NCBI GenBank assembly: GCA_937873525.1
Contig: CALMWJ010000134.1
Span: 1 to 53,150 of the forward strand
Direction of reading: 5' to 3'
Source of the DNA: an uncultured Peptococcaceae bacterium
Lineage (GTDB): Bacteria; Bacillota; Peptococcia; DRI-13; UBA5745
Length of the DNA: 53,150 nt
Made by a program: the position numbers and the translations under genes. The notes beneath the pieces were generated by a model. It was not told where the DNA came from. It ran no database searches and saw nothing but the letters and a program-made list of their open reading frames with translations. Shown in pieces: positions 10,698 through 21,752 of this stretch. Position 1 is the stretch's first letter. The number at the start of each line of letters is the position of its first letter.

Positions 10698-11096
10698 ATG
10701 GTTATGACGGATCCAATTGCGGATTTTTTAACACGCATACGTAATGCCAATTCCGTGCATCACGAAAAGGTTGAAATTCCTGCTTCAAAACTCAAAAAGA
10801 CTTTGGCAGAAATCCTTAAACAGGAAGGCATGATCAAGGACTTCGAATATATCGAAGACGGCAAGCAAGGTATTCTTCGCGTATACCTCAAATACGGTGC
10901 CAACAAGCAAAAGGTGATCACCGGCTTGAAACGCATCAGCCGGCCCGGACTTCGGGTTTATGCCAAGAAAGATGAAATTCCCAAGATCCTGGGCGGACTG
11001 GGAATCGCCATCATCTCCACCTCGCAAGGTGTTATGACGGATAAACAAGCTAGAAAAAGCGGACTGGGCGGAGAAGTTCTCTGCTACGTCTGGTAG
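10698..11096 (+). CDS. rpsH: 30S ribosomal protein S8
   Basis: [17 protein letters not shown]... is S8. Confidence 0.97.
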   Translation: MVMTDPIADFLTRIRNANSVHHEKVEIPASKLKKTLAEILKQEGMIKDFEYIEDGKQGILRVYLKYGANKQKVITGLKRISRPGLRVYAKKDEIPKILGGLGIAIISTSQGVMTDKQARKSGLGGEVLCYVW

Positions 11097-11110
11097 GCGG
11101 GAGGTATAGT

Positions 11111-11653
11111 ATGTCTAGAATTGGGAAACTGCCTATTCCTGTGCCCGCAGGAGTTGACGTAAAAATCGAAGGCAACCATATTGTTGTCAAAGGCCCCAAG
11201 GGCACGCTGGAACGCGATTTCAGCAGCGACATGAAGGTCGTTCATGAAGATGGCCACATTGTCGTGACCCGCCCCAGCGACGACAAGCAGCATCGTGCTT
11301 TCCACGGCTTGACCCGAGCGCTGATCCAAAATATGGTCGTGGGCGTTACCAACGGCTTCGAAAAGACCCTGGATATGGTGGGCGTCGGCTATCGTGCTCA
11401 GATGCAAGGCACCAAACTGGTCCTGGCCATCGGCTATTCCCATCCGGTTGAGGTGGAGCCCGCCGTTGGATTGACCATCGAATGTCCCGCACCCACAAAG
11501 ATTGTGGTCAAAGGCGCCGATAAACAAATGGTCGGCCAGCTGGCCGCCGACATCCGCAAGATCCGGCAGCCTGAACCCTATAAGGGCAAAGGCATCCGTT
11601 ATTCGGACGAAGTCATCAAGCTCAAAGCTGGCAAGACCGGCAAAAAGAAATAA
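11111..11653 (+). CDS. rplF: 50S ribosomal protein L6
   Basis: [15 protein letters not shown]... is L6. Confidence 0.97.
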   Translation: MSRIGKLPIPVPAGVDVKIEGNHIVVKGPKGTLERDFSSDMKVVHEDGHIVVTRPSDDKQHRAFHGLTRALIQNMVVGVTNGFEKTLDMVGVGYRAQMQGTKLVLAIGYSHPVEVEPAVGLTIECPAPTKIVVKGADKQMVGQLAADIRKIRQPEPYKGKGIRYSDEVIKLKAGKTGKKK

Positions 11654-11775
11654 GGTGGGCATCTGGCCGGGGAGGCTGTTTGCGAACGGCGATGCCGCCT
11701 GCAGCGTGAACCAAACCTCCCGTTCCACTCAGGGACGGCAAAGACTGTTCCAAGCGTAAAGGAGTGAAATGTACT

Positions 11776-12144
11776 ATGATTACACAAGCAAGCCGCAAAG
11801 CCATCCGTATCAAAAAGCATTTGCGGATCCGCAAGCATATCATAGGTGCTGCCGATAGACCCCGTTTAGCGGTCTACCGCAGTTTGAAACATATGTATGC
11901 ACAGATCATCGACGATTCGAAGGGCATTACTTTGGTCTCCGCTTCCACCCTGGAAGCCCCTCTGAAGGGAACGTTCGAATCAGCCTGCAACATTGACGCT
12001 GCCGCCAAGGTGGGCGCTGAAATTGCAAAAAAAGCCCTTGAAAAAGGAATCACCGAGGTGGTTTTCGACCGGGGCGGAAACGTCTATCACGGACGCATCA
12101 AAGCAGTCGCAGATGGAGCCCGCGAAGCGGGACTCAAGTTCTAA
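11776..12144 (+). CDS. rplR: 50S ribosomal protein L18
   Basis: [19 protein letters not shown]...RPRLAVYRS is L18. ATG 11776 sits about 9 nt after an AAGGAG RBS. The ORF-track start at 11764 lies inside the RBS. Confidence 0.9.
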   Translation: MITQASRKAIRIKKHLRIRKHIIGAADRPRLAVYRSLKHMYAQIIDDSKGITLVSASTLEAPLKGTFESACNIDAAAKVGAEIAKKALEKGITEVVFDRGGNVYHGRIKAVADGAREAGLKF

Positions 12145-12172
12145 AACACCGTAAAGGAGGGAAAAACAGGGA

Positions 12173-12673
12173 ATGGCAAGAATGGAAGAAACCAATAGTG
12201 AATTTACTGAACGCGTTGTCTATATCAACCGTGTTGCTAAAGTCGTCAAAGGCGGACGCCGCTTCAGCTTCAGCGCGCTGGTCGTGGTTGGCGACGGCAA
12301 GGGCCGCGTGGGTGCCGGCTTAGGCAAAGCCACGGAGGTTCCCGAAGCAATCCGCAAAGGCATCGAAGATGCCAAGAAGAACCTGATTACAGTTCCCATG
12401 AAAGGAACCAGTATTCCCCACGAAACCAAAGGCGTATTCGGTGCCGGCGCCGTTTTCATGAAACCCGCCGCACCCGGTACCGGTGTCATTGCCGGGGGTC
12501 CCGTCCGCGCGGTCATGGAATTGGCCGGCATTCGTGACATCCTGACAAAATCCTTAGGTTCCAATAACGCAAATAATATGGTTCAGGCCACACTGACCGG
12601 TCTCAAGAGTTTGATGAGAGCCGAAGACGTAGCCAAACTCCGTGGGCTTTCCGTGGAAGAACTGTTGGGCTAG
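12173..12673 (+). CDS. rpsE: 30S ribosomal protein S5
   Basis: 166-aa S5-like sequence ([14 protein letters not shown]). Confidence 0.96.
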   Translation: MARMEETNSEFTERVVYINRVAKVVKGGRRFSFSALVVVGDGKGRVGAGLGKATEVPEAIRKGIEDAKKNLITVPMKGTSIPHETKGVFGAGAVFMKPAAPGTGVIAGGPVRAVMELAGIRDILTKSLGSNNANNMVQATLTGLKSLMRAEDVAKLRGLSVEELLG

Positions 12674-12683
12674 GAGGAAAAAC

Positions 12684-12881
12684 ATGGCGAATGAAAATGT
12701 GGGTAAGATCAAAATTACCCTGGAAAAAAGTGTGATCTCTTACGACAAGCGCGTCAGAGAAACCGTCAAATCCTTAGGTTTGGGCAAGCTGCATTCCAGT
12801 GCCATCCAAGCGACGACACCGGACATCCTGGGCAAAGTGCGCCGGGTGCAGCATCTGGTTGCCGTGGAAGAAGTTAAATAA
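12684..12881 (+). CDS. rpmD: 50S ribosomal protein L30
   Basis: From ATG 12684 the product reads MANENVGKIKITLEKSVI..., L30-like. AGGAGG RBS. The ORF-track start at 12642 is an upstream extension into rpsE. Confidence 0.9.
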   Translation: MANENVGKIKITLEKSVISYDKRVRETVKSLGLGKLHSSAIQATTPDILGKVRRVQHLVAVEEVK

Positions 12882-12901
12882 TCAAGGAGGTGCAATAGGC
12901 T

Positions 12902-13345
12902 ATGAAACTTTCTGAATTAAAGCCGGCGCCTGGGTCACGGCAATCTGTCAAACGGCTTGGCCGTGGTATCGGGTCTGGCTTAGGCAAGACATCCGGTAAA
13001 GGTCATAAAGGACAGAAAGCCCGTTCCGGCGGTGGAAAAGGTCCTTACTTTGAAGGTGGCCAGACTCCTCTGCAGCGTCGTCTGCCCAAGAGAGGCTTCA
13101 CCAATATCTTCAAAAAAGAATATGCAATCCTCAATGTAGGCCAGTTGGAAGACCGTTTTGACGCAGGCGCTCTGGTTACCCCGGAAACCCTCATCGAATG
13201 CGGCCTTCTGAAAAACGTTCAAGACGGCATCAGAATCCTTGGAAAAGGAGAACTGACCAAGGCGCTGAACGTAAAGGTCCAAGGTTTTTCTAAAACTGCA
13301 GAAGAAAAAATCACGGCCGCTGGCGGCTCAATTGAGGTGATTTAG
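12902..13345 (+). CDS. rplO: 50S ribosomal protein L15
   Basis: [12 protein letters not shown]...[13 protein letters not shown] is L15. Confidence 0.96.
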   Translation: MKLSELKPAPGSRQSVKRLGRGIGSGLGKTSGKGHKGQKARSGGGKGPYFEGGQTPLQRRLPKRGFTNIFKKEYAILNVGQLEDRFDAGALVTPETLIECGLLKNVQDGIRILGKGELTKALNVKVQGFSKTAEEKITAAGGSIEVI

Positions 13346-13346
13346 T

Positions 13347-14603
13347 TTGATCGAGGTCTTGAAAAACGCATTCAAGGTTCCTGAGCTGCGTAAAAAAATT
13401 GTATTCACCTTGGCAATGCTGTTCGTTTTCCGGATCGGCGTCCATGTCCCGGTACCGGGCATCAACCGTGATGTGATCGAGAATCTTGTCAACAGTGGTC
13501 AGCTTCTGGGCTTTTTTGATGTGATTTCCGGGGGTGCCTTCAAGAATTTCTCAGTTTTCGCAATGAGTATTACCCCTTATGTCAATGCTTCGATCATTTT
13601 GCAGCTTCTGGCCGTGGTGATCCCATCGCTGGAGAAACTGAGCAAGGATCCCGATGGACGCAAAAAAATCGCTTCCTACACCCGTTACTTCACAGTCATT
13701 CTGGCGTTCGTCCAGGCCATCGGTATTTCCGTCGGCTTGCAGAATGCTTTACTGACTCCCGGCTGGATCTCCATCCTGCTGATTGCCTTGTCCCTGACGG
13801 CGGGCACCGCCTTCCTGATGTGGCTGGGTGAGCTGATCAATGACAAGGGCATCGGCAATGGTATTTCGATCCTGATCTTCGCCGGCATCGTCTCCCGGCT
13901 TCCCAGCGGACTCTACACGATCTACGCCAGTCTCAAGGCCGGCACCACCAACATTCTTGTGGTGCTGCTGATTGCTGTCATGGCCGTGATCATGGTGGCC
14001 GCCGTGGTGATGCTGAACGAAGGCCAGCGCCGGGTTCCCGTACAATACGCCAAGCGTGTGGTTGGACGGAAGGTCTATGGCGGCCAAAGCACCCATATAC
14101 CTTTGAAGGTCAACCAGGCCGGCGTCATCCCCATCATTTTTGCTATGACGCTGCTGATGTTCCCGGGAACAATTGCGTCCTGGTTCCCCAACAGCTCCGT
14201 CGCGGTCGCCGTGTCCAACATCTTTGATTTCAACAATGTCTGGTATCAAATGGTGTATGCGCTGCTGATCATATTCTTCACCTTCTTCTATTCTGCGATC
14301 ACCCTCAACGTGATCGACATTGCCGATAATATGAAAAAGTACGGCGGATTCATTCCCGGACTTCGTCCCGGACGGCCGACCTCAGACTATCTGGCAAAGA
14401 TCTCTTCAAGGATCACCTTGGCCGGGGCAATTTTCCTGGCGTGCATCGCGGTTGTCCCGACCCTGCTGATGAAGCTGACCAGTCTGTCCCTGTATTTGGG
14501 CAGCACCAGTCTTCTGATCGTTGTCGGTGTGGCGCTGGATACCATGAAACAAATGGAATCCCAGCTCATGATGCGCAATTATCAGGGCTTCCTTAAAAAG
14601 TAG
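13347..14603 (+). CDS. secY: Preprotein translocase subunit SecY
   Basis: 418-aa 10-TM protein in the spc-operon position. TTG start 1 nt after the rplO stop. Confidence 0.95.
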   Translation: MIEVLKNAFKVPELRKKIVFTLAMLFVFRIGVHVPVPGINRDVIENLVNSGQLLGFFDVISGGAFKNFSVFAMSITPYVNASIILQLLAVVIPSLEKLSKDPDGRKKIASYTRYFTVILAFVQAIGISVGLQNALLTPGWISILLIALSLTAGTAFLMWLGELINDKGIGNGISILIFAGIVSRLPSGLYTIYASLKAGTTNILVVLLIAVMAVIMVAAVVMLNEGQRRVPVQYAKRVVGRKVYGGQSTHIPLKVNQAGVIPIIFAMTLLMFPGTIASWFPNSSVAVAVSNIFDFNNVWYQMVYALLIIFFTFFYSAITLNVIDIADNMKKYGGFIPGLRPGRPTSDYLAKISSRITLAGAIFLACIAVVPTLLMKLTSLSLYLGSTSLLIVVGVALDTMKQMESQLMMRNYQGFLKK

Positions 14604-15263
<660 letters not shown>

Positions 15264-15587
15264 GGGATAAACGCCGCGCAGGCGGGCTGCCGGACAGGAC
15301 GCGCAAGCAACCTGGGCTGCCCGGGCAGGGATCCTCTGCAAGCCTTGCCGGTTCACCTCGGATGACGCTCTAACCGCTACTGGAGACGTCATCTGGCGGC
15401 TGGCTGATCCGGAAAAAACCGGACGGGGTGGAATGGCCAAGGCAAAGCAGGCGGGATGCCGAGACCCGTTTAAGATAGGTTAGATTTGGTAGATGATCAT
15501 AATAGATACTGACAACCTGGTGACGGTATGCAAATCATTCGCTGCCGAAGCGCTCGGTGAGGGTTATGTTAAGGAGGTACACGCTCC

Positions 15588-15806
15588 ATGTCCAAACAGG
15601 ATGTGATCGAAGTAGAAGGAACAGTCATTGAGCCGTTGCCCAATGCCATGTTCAAAGTCGAATTAGCCAATGGCCACAAGGTACTGGCTCACGTTTCTGG
15701 GAAGATACGGATGAATTTTATCCGTATTTTGCCGGGAGACCGCGTCACAGTGGAGTTATCCCCCTATGACCTGAGCCGGGGACGTATTACATACCGTTTT
15801 AAGTAG
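15588..15806 (+). CDS. infA: Translation initiation factor IF-1
   Basis: [26 protein letters not shown]... is IF-1. Confidence 0.97.
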   Translation: MSKQDVIEVEGTVIEPLPNAMFKVELANGHKVLAHVSGKIRMNFIRILPGDRVTVELSPYDLSRGRITYRFK

Positions 15807-15831
15807 ACTGGCGTCAGAGGAGGTTATTCAC

Positions 15832-15945
15832 ATGAAAGTCAGACCGTCCGTCAAATGCATTTGTGAAAAATGCAAGATTATCAAACGTAAAGGCTGCGTG
15901 CGGGTGATTTGCGAAAATCCCAAGCATAAACAGCGTCAAGGTTAG
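15832..15945 (+). CDS. rpmJ: 50S ribosomal protein L36 (not in ORF track, below its length cutoff)
   Basis: My own translation gives [37 protein letters not shown]-stop. GGAGG RBS. Sits between infA and rpsM as expected. Confidence 0.93.
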   Translation: MKVRPSVKCICEKCKIIKRKGCVRVICENPKHKQRQG

Positions 15946-15974
15946 TTTGAAACTAAGAAATAGGAGGTATACCC

Positions 15975-16343
15975 ATGGCTAGAATTGCAGGCGTCGACTT
16001 GCCCCGTGACAAACGGGTGGTAATCGGGTTGACTTACATTTTCGGCATCGGAAGAACGACTGCTCAGAACATTTTGGCCGCGACTGGCGTAAGTCCGGAA
16101 ACCCGGGTCAGAGACCTGACGGAAGACGAAGTCGCCAAGCTCCGCGAAGCCATCGGCAAAGATGTCAAGGTTGAGGGCGACCTTCGCCGTGAGATTTCCT
16201 TGAACATCAAACGGCTGATGGAAATCGGCTGCTATCGCGGCCTGCGGCACAGAAAAGGTCTCCCTGTCCGCGGACAGAGAACCAAGACCAATGCCCGTAC
16301 CCGTAAAGGTCCTGCTCGTACGATTGCAGGCAAGAAGAAGTAA
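15975..16343 (+). CDS. rpsM: 30S ribosomal protein S13
   Basis: [15 protein letters not shown]... is S13. Confidence 0.97.
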   Translation: MARIAGVDLPRDKRVVIGLTYIFGIGRTTAQNILAATGVSPETRVRDLTEDEVAKLREAIGKDVKVEGDLRREISLNIKRLMEIGCYRGLRHRKGLPVRGQRTKTNARTRKGPARTIAGKKK

Positions 16344-16360
16344 AGGGGGAAAACAGATCA

Positions 16361-16756
16361 ATGGCCAAAAGAAACGTCGCCGTGCGGGTTAAGCGCCGGG
16401 AACGGAAAAACATAGACCGTGGCGTGGCACATATCCAGTCCACGTTTAACAACACGATCATTACCATCACAGATACCACCGGGAATGCGATTTCCTGGGC
16501 CAGCTCCGGTGGCATGGGCTTCAAGGGATCCAGAAAAAGCACGCCTTACGCTGCCCAGATGGCTGCTGAAAAAGCTGCCAAAGCCGCCATGGAACATGGC
16601 ATGCGCGAAGTGGAATGCTTTGTCAAGGGACCGGGCGGCGGTCGTGAAGCTGCAATCCGTTCTCTGCAGGCAACCGGTTTGGAAGTCAGCGTCATTCGAG
16701 ACGTCACCCCCATTCCCCACAATGGCTGCCGGCCGCCCAAGCGCAGAAGAGTCTAA
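16361..16756 (+). CDS. rpsK: 30S ribosomal protein S11
   Basis: 131-aa S11-like sequence ([15 protein letters not shown]). Confidence 0.96.
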   Translation: MAKRNVAVRVKRRERKNIDRGVAHIQSTFNNTIITITDTTGNAISWASSGGMGFKGSRKSTPYAAQMAAEKAAKAAMEHGMREVECFVKGPGGGREAAIRSLQATGLEVSVIRDVTPIPHNGCRPPKRRRV

Positions 16757-16770
16757 GGAGGAGAATAGAT

Positions 16771-17397
16771 ATGGCAAGATATACAGGACCCGTCTGCCGG
16801 CTCTGCCGTCGTGAAGGGGTTAAGCTGTTCCTGAAAGGTGACCGCTGCTACACGCAGAAATGCGCCATCGAAAAAGGCAGAGCCACCCCCGGACAGCATG
16901 GGCAAAGCCGTAAAAAGGTGACTGAATACGGCATGCAGCTCCGTGAAAAACAAAAAACCCGCCGGATTTACGGCATGATGGAGAAACAGTTCAAACTGAC
17001 CTTCAACAAGGCCGAACGCCAAAAAGGGGTCGTTGGCGAGAACTTCCTCGTGATGCTGGAACGCCGTATGGACAACGTGGTATTCCGTCTTGGATTTGCC
17101 AACTCCCGTTCCGAAGCCAGACAGTTGGTTCGCCACAACCATTTTAATTTGAATGGGCATAAAGCGAATATTCCTTCCATTCTGGTCAAGCCGGGTGATG
17201 TCATCGGTGTCAAGGATAAAAGCAAGGACTCTCCCAAATTCAAAGCACTGAAAGAACTGGCTGCAACGAAAACGGTGCCCGCATGGCTGGAAGCCGATGC
17301 TGAAGCCATGACCGGCCGCGTGGTCACCATGCCGACCCGTGACAGCATCGATCTCCCGGTTCAGGAGCATCTGATTGTTGAATTGTATTCCAGATAA
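16771..17397 (+). CDS. rpsD: 30S ribosomal protein S4
   Basis: [16 protein letters not shown]... is S4. Confidence 0.96.
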   Translation: MARYTGPVCRLCRREGVKLFLKGDRCYTQKCAIEKGRATPGQHGQSRKKVTEYGMQLREKQKTRRIYGMMEKQFKLTFNKAERQKGVVGENFLVMLERRMDNVVFRLGFANSRSEARQLVRHNHFNLNGHKANIPSILVKPGDVIGVKDKSKDSPKFKALKELAATKTVPAWLEADAEAMTGRVVTMPTRDSIDLPVQEHLIVELYSR

Positions 17398-17415
17398 ACT
17401 CAGAGGAGGTAACCG

Positions 17416-18363
17416 ATGATAGAAATTGAAAAGCCCAGGATCGAGTGCGTAGAGATGAACCCGGATAAAACCTACGCCCGATTTGTGGTTGAGCCATTGG
17501 AAAAAGGCTACGGCATTACCCTGGGGAATTCTCTGCGGCGGATTCTATTATCTTCCTTGCCGGGAGCAGCGGTTACATCTGTAAAGGTTGACGGAGTACT
17601 CCATGAGTTCTCCACGATTCCCGGTGTGGTTGAAGATGTGACGGACATCATCCTGAATCTCAAGGCCTTGTCCATGAAGATCTATGATGATGAGCCCCAT
17701 ACTTTGCGGTTGGATGTCAACGGCCCCGGCAGGATCACGGCCGGCGACATCATGCCCAACAGCCAGGTGGAAATCCTGAATCCGGATCTGCTGATCGCAA
17801 CGCTGGAAAGCGACGCCCATCTGGTCATGGAAATGAGCGTTGAACGCGGGCGTGGCTACCGTTCTGGTGAGAAAAACAAAAAAGATGATCATGTGATCGG
17901 CGTGATTCCCGTCGACTCGATCTTTTCCCCGGTCACCAAAGTCAACTACACGGTCACCGCGGCCTGGGATGCCCAAGGCACCAATTATGACCGGCTGACG
18001 CTGGAGGTTTGGACGGATGGATCGATCTCTCCGGACGAAGCCGTCAGTCTTTCCGCAAAAATCCTTCATGACTACCTGAAGATCTTCGTCGGACTCACTG
18101 AAAAAGTGGGCGATGTTGAAATCATGGTCATCAAGGAAGAAGAAGAAAAGGATAAGATCCTGGACATGAGCATCGAAGAACTGGATCTGTCGGTCCGCTC
18201 ATACAATTGCCTGAAACGTGCCAGTATCAATACCGTGGGCGAACTGGTGATGAAGACGGAAGACGATATGATGAAGGTTCGAAACCTGGGCAAAAAATCC
18301 CTGGAAGAAGTAGATGAAAAGCTTAGCTCCCTGGGATTATCTCTCAGGAAGTTCGACGAATAG
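17416..18363 (+). CDS. rpoA: DNA-directed RNA polymerase subunit alpha
   Basis: 315-aa RpoA-like sequence ([11 protein letters not shown]; C-terminal domain [11 protein letters not shown]). Confidence 0.97.
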   Translation: MIEIEKPRIECVEMNPDKTYARFVVEPLEKGYGITLGNSLRRILLSSLPGAAVTSVKVDGVLHEFSTIPGVVEDVTDIILNLKALSMKIYDDEPHTLRLDVNGPGRITAGDIMPNSQVEILNPDLLIATLESDAHLVMEMSVERGRGYRSGEKNKKDDHVIGVIPVDSIFSPVTKVNYTVTAAWDAQGTNYDRLTLEVWTDGSISPDEAVSLSAKILHDYLKIFVGLTEKVGDVEIMVIKEEEEKDKILDMSIEELDLSVRSYNCLKRASINTVGELVMKTEDDMMKVRNLGKKSLEEVDEKLSSLGLSLRKFDE

Positions 18364-18374
18364 GGGGTAAAACT

Positions 18375-18713
18375 GTGGTACAGAGAAAATTAAACCGAAA
18401 CAGCGGGCAGCGCAGAGCGCTGCTGAGACATCTCACGACGGCTCTGATCCGCTGCGGACGAATTGAAACCACGGAGCAAAAGGCGAAAGAACTTCGCTGC
18501 ATTGCGGAAAAAATGATTACCTTGGGCAAGCAGGGAGATCTGGCAGCCCGCCGTTTAGCGCTGTCCTACATGATGGACGAAACGGTGGTCAAGGATCTGT
18601 TTGACAAAATCGCGCCCAAATACGCTGACCGGAACGGCGGTTACACGCGCATCATCAAAATCGGTCCCCGCAAGGGCGACGCTGCGATGATGGTGTACAT
18701 CGAGCTGACCTAA
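18375..18713 (+). CDS. rplQ: 50S ribosomal protein L17
   Basis: 112-aa L17-like sequence with a GTG start. Confidence 0.95.
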   Translation: MVQRKLNRNSGQRRALLRHLTTALIRCGRIETTEQKAKELRCIAEKMITLGKQGDLAARRLALSYMMDETVVKDLFDKIAPKYADRNGGYTRIIKIGPRKGDAAMMVYIELT

Positions 18714-18756
18714 CCGATTCGAAAGGCGCAGGTATCAAAACTGAGCTACAATGAAG

Positions 18757-18813
18757 CAGGGAAATCCAAGGCCAGACACGACATGTGCTGGCTGTGGATT
18801 TCCCTGTTTTTTT
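18757..18813 (+). terminator. Intrinsic terminator of the alpha operon
   Basis: Perfect outer stem CAGGGAAATCCA / TGGATTTCCCTG followed by TTTTTTT. Confidence 0.85.
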
Positions 18814-18822
18814 GGGCCGCCC

Positions 18823-18858
18823 AGAAAAAATCAGCCCAGGATGTTGGGCTGATTTTTC
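18823..18858 (-). terminator. Intrinsic terminator of nrdD-nrdG, overlapping the nrdG stop codon
   Basis: On the minus strand, stem ATCAGCCCA / TGGGCTGAT followed by TTTTTT. The 3' arm contains the nrdG TGA. Confidence 0.7.
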
Positions 18859-19517
18859 TGAAGCCAACCGGCTAAGGTATGGATTTCTTCGGCAGTGTAA
18901 GGGGGCACGTTGACTTTTTCCTGGTCCCACGGGTGATAAGTCTCTGGCGGACGGTATCGATTCAAGACGTAGCGGGGAAGCACAGGAAGCTCCTGCGCCA
19001 TCTGCAGCAGATCCTGCCGGGTTAGCTGGGGGATCACGGTGGTCCGGACTTCAAACGCGACGCCGGAATCTCGGAGCCGTTCGATCGTGTCCAAAACGGC
19101 CGCCGGATCGGCCTTCATGCCGCAGATTTCCCGATAGCGTGAAGCTGGCGCCTTGTAATCCACGGCGACATAATCGCACAAGCCTGAATCCAGCACTTGC
19201 TGCAGGATCATCGGGGTGGAACCGTTGGTGTCCAGTTTGAGCCGATAGCCATAAGTTTTAAGGTGCTGCAGAAACGGCACCAGGTCCGGCTGCAAGGTGG
19301 GTTCGCCGCCGGTAACCACAACGCCGTCCAGAACCCCTTGCCTTTTCTGCAAAAAGGCATCGATGGTGCCCAGGTCTAAAAGGGCGGGCGCGTTTTCTAA
19401 TAAATCACGGTTATGGCAGTAAAAACAGTCATAATTGCAGCCCGGAACGAAGAGCACACAGGCCACAAGGCCAGGGTAATCCACCAGGGAGCTTTTGACC
19501 AGGCCGGCGATTTTCAT
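18831..19517 (-). CDS. nrdG: Anaerobic ribonucleoside-triphosphate reductase activating protein (radical SAM)
   Basis: CNYDCFYCHN radical-SAM motif. ATGA overlap with the upstream nrdD. Confidence 0.88.
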   Translation of the reverse strand: MKIAGLVKSSLVDYPGLVACVLFVPGCNYDCFYCHNRDLLENAPALLDLGTIDAFLQKRQGVLDGVVVTGGEPTLQPDLVPFLQHLKTYGYRLKLDTNGSTPMILQQVLDSGLCDYVAVDYKAPASRYREICGMKADPAAVLDTIERLRDSGVAFEVRTTVIPQLTRQDLLQMAQELPVLPRYVLNRYRPPETYHPWDQEKVNVPPYTAEEIHTLAGWLQKNQPNILG

Positions 19518-21613
19518 ACCAACACTTCTTCCTTGATCACATATTTCTTGCGGTGGGCATATTCTTCTTTTTTGCCCTTGTTGAAATTCTGCACCGGGCG
19601 CAGATAACCGACGACCCGGCTCCAGACCTCCGCATTTTTTCCGCAGTGGGGACAGGTGTAATGCTCACCGGCAATGTAGCCGTGGTCATTGCAGACGGAG
19701 AAGGAGGGGGTCAGGGAGAGGTATGGAAGTTTATATTGGTTGAAGGCCTTCTGGAGCAAACGCTTGGCGGCCTGCCGATCCTTGATTTCTTCCCCTAAAT
19801 AGAGATGAAGAACGGTTCCGCCGGTATAGAGAGACTGCAGTTCGTCCTGCAGGTCCAGGGTCTCGAAAATATCATCGGTATATCCCACGGGGAGCTGGGA
19901 AGAATTTGTATAGTAGGGAATGCTCTCACCGGCGGTGATGATGGCAGGGTAACGTTCCTTGTCCAATTTTGCCAGCCGGTAGCTGGTGCCCTCCGCAGGG
20001 GTTGCTTCCAGGTTGTAATAATGCCCGGTTTCATCCTGGATTTCCATGATGGCATCCCGCATGTAATTCAGCGTCCGGATCGCAAAAGCCTGGCCTTCGG
20101 CGGTGGTCAGGTCCTGATCCCGGCCCAGCAGGTTTTGGCAAGCCTCGCTCATCCCGATCAGGCCGATGGTGTTGAAGTGGTTATACCAGAATGAGCCGGT
20201 TTTCTGCTGCACATCTCTCAGATAATTGGCGGAATAGGGATAGAGCCCTTTGGCTGTTTGTTTTTCGATGACTTTTCGTTTGGTCTCCAGGCTGTTCTTG
20301 GCCAGTTGGATCTGCTGCCAGAGCCGGGTCCGGAATTCGGACTCGGACTTGGAGACATGCGCCAGACGCGGCAGATTGACGGTGACCACACCGATGGATC
20401 CGGTCAGCGGATTGGAGCCGAAGAGACCGCCGCCCCGCTTGCGCAGCTCGGAGGTGTTGAGACGCAGCCGGCAGCACATGGACAGGGCGTCCTCGGGGGA
20501 AAGGTCAGAGTTTACATAGTTGGAGAAATAGGGGATCCCGTATTTGCAGGTGATCTCCATGAATTTATCGGCAACAGGGCTGTTCCAGTCAAAATCTTTG
20601 GTGATGTTGATGGTGGGAATCGGGAAGGTAAAGACCCGGCCTTTGGAATCCCCTTCCATCATGACATCACAGAAGGCCTGGTTCAGGAGATCCATTTCCG
20701 CTTGGAATTCGCCGTAGGTTTCCGGCATCAATTTACCGCCGACGATGACGGCTTGGTCCCTAAGGGTTGAAGGCGGAACCAGATCAAAGGTCAGGTTGGA
20801 GAAGGGGCACTGGAAACCGACCCGGGTGGGTACATTGAGGTTGAAAATAAATTCCTGGAGCGCCTGTCGCACCGCGTGATAATCCATACGATCGTAGCGG
20901 ATGAAAGGAGCGCAATACGTGTCAAAGGAGGACCATGCCTGGGCGCCGGCGCTTTCGCCCTGGGTCGTGAAGGTGGAATTGACGATCTGACCTAAAAAGG
21001 ACCGCAAATGCTTCGCCGGCTTGGACTCCACCTTGCCGGGCACGCCGCCGAAGCCGTTCATCAGCACCTGTCGCAGATCCCAGCCGGCACAGTAGGGGCC
21101 AAAGAATCCCAGGTCATGGATGTGGAGGTCTCCGGAAAGATGGGCATTCCGGATATCCTCGGAATAGATTTCGTGAAGCCAGTAGTTTTTGGTGAAGGCC
21201 TCGCGGACATAGTTGTTCAGACCGTTGATGGATTTCTGGGTATTGGCGTTTTCGTTGATCATCCAGTCCTGGTCATCCAGGTATTCGGTGAACATATGGA
21301 TGGTCGCGCCCACCAGAGCATTGTATTCTCTGGCCGAACGGCGTTTTTCGCGATAAAGGATGAAGGCTTTGGCCGTTTTGGCATGGCCGGCTTCGATCAG
21401 GACCTTTTCAACGATGTCCTGAATGCCTTCCACATCTGCCACGCCCTCGGGATAAAGCTGGTCTGCGAGGCGAACGACCTCGTCGCCGAGCTTTTCGGAA
21501 GTGGTAAAGTCGTCGCCGCCAACGGCGGTCGCTGCCTTGAAAATCGCCAGAACGATCTTTTCCTTCTTGAAGGGAACCGGAGTACGGTCACGTTTGATGA
21601 TTTGTTTGAGCAT
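19514..21613 (-). CDS. nrdD: Anaerobic ribonucleoside-triphosphate reductase (class III)
   Basis: ATP-cone N-terminus (MLKQIIKRDRTPVPF), C-terminal Zn ribbon CPHCG and glycyl-radical motif RVVGY. The ATG at 21613 follows an AGGAGG RBS. The ORF-track start at 21895 adds 94 implausible residues. Confidence 0.92.
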   Translation of the reverse strand: MLKQIIKRDRTPVPFKKEKIVLAIFKAATAVGGDDFTTSEKLGDEVVRLADQLYPEGVADVEGIQDIVEKVLIEAGHAKTAKAFILYREKRRSAREYNALVGATIHMFTEYLDDQDWMINENANTQKSINGLNNYVREAFTKNYWLHEIYSEDIRNAHLSGDLHIHDLGFFGPYCAGWDLRQVLMNGFGGVPGKVESKPAKHLRSFLGQIVNSTFTTQGESAGAQAWSSFDTYCAPFIRYDRMDYHAVRQALQEFIFNLNVPTRVGFQCPFSNLTFDLVPPSTLRDQAVIVGGKLMPETYGEFQAEMDLLNQAFCDVMMEGDSKGRVFTFPIPTINITKDFDWNSPVADKFMEITCKYGIPYFSNYVNSDLSPEDALSMCCRLRLNTSELRKRGGGLFGSNPLTGSIGVVTVNLPRLAHVSKSESEFRTRLWQQIQLAKNSLETKRKVIEKQTAKGLYPYSANYLRDVQQKTGSFWYNHFNTIGLIGMSEACQNLLGRDQDLTTAEGQAFAIRTLNYMRDAIMEIQDETGHYYNLEATPAEGTSYRLAKLDKERYPAIITAGESIPYYTNSSQLPVGYTDDIFETLDLQDELQSLYTGGTVLHLYLGEEIKDRQAAKRLLQKAFNQYKLPYLSLTPSFSVCNDHGYIAGEHYTCPHCGKNAEVWSRVVGYLRPVQNFNKGKKEEYAHRKKYVIKEEVLV

Positions 21614-21655
21614 GGATCGCAAGCCTCCTGTCATTGTCCGAGAATCGCAAAACAG

Positions 21656-21671
21656 CCACAATATGTAGTGC
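21656..21671. promoter_or_regulatory. Candidate NrdR box in the nrdD leader
   Basis: CCACAATATGTAGTGC resembles the 16-bp NrdR palindrome acaCwAtATaTwGtgt. An AT-rich degenerate second copy (ATAGATATACTATATA) overlaps the -10. Confidence 0.4.
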
Positions 21672-21688
21672 TCGGAACTTATAGATAT

Positions 21689-21717
21689 ACTATATATGCA
21701 AAACGACGGGATGTAAA
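21689..21717 (-). promoter_or_regulatory. Putative nrdD promoter
   Basis: On the minus strand: TTTACA, 17 nt, TATAGT. Confidence 0.45.
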
Positions 21718-21722
21718 GGGCT

Positions 21723-21752
21723 TTGATTGCACAGAAAAATAAACATGATAAT
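21723..21752 (+). promoter_or_regulatory. Putative ecfA1 promoter, divergent from nrdD
   Basis: TTGATT, 18 nt, GATAAT. Confidence 0.4.
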
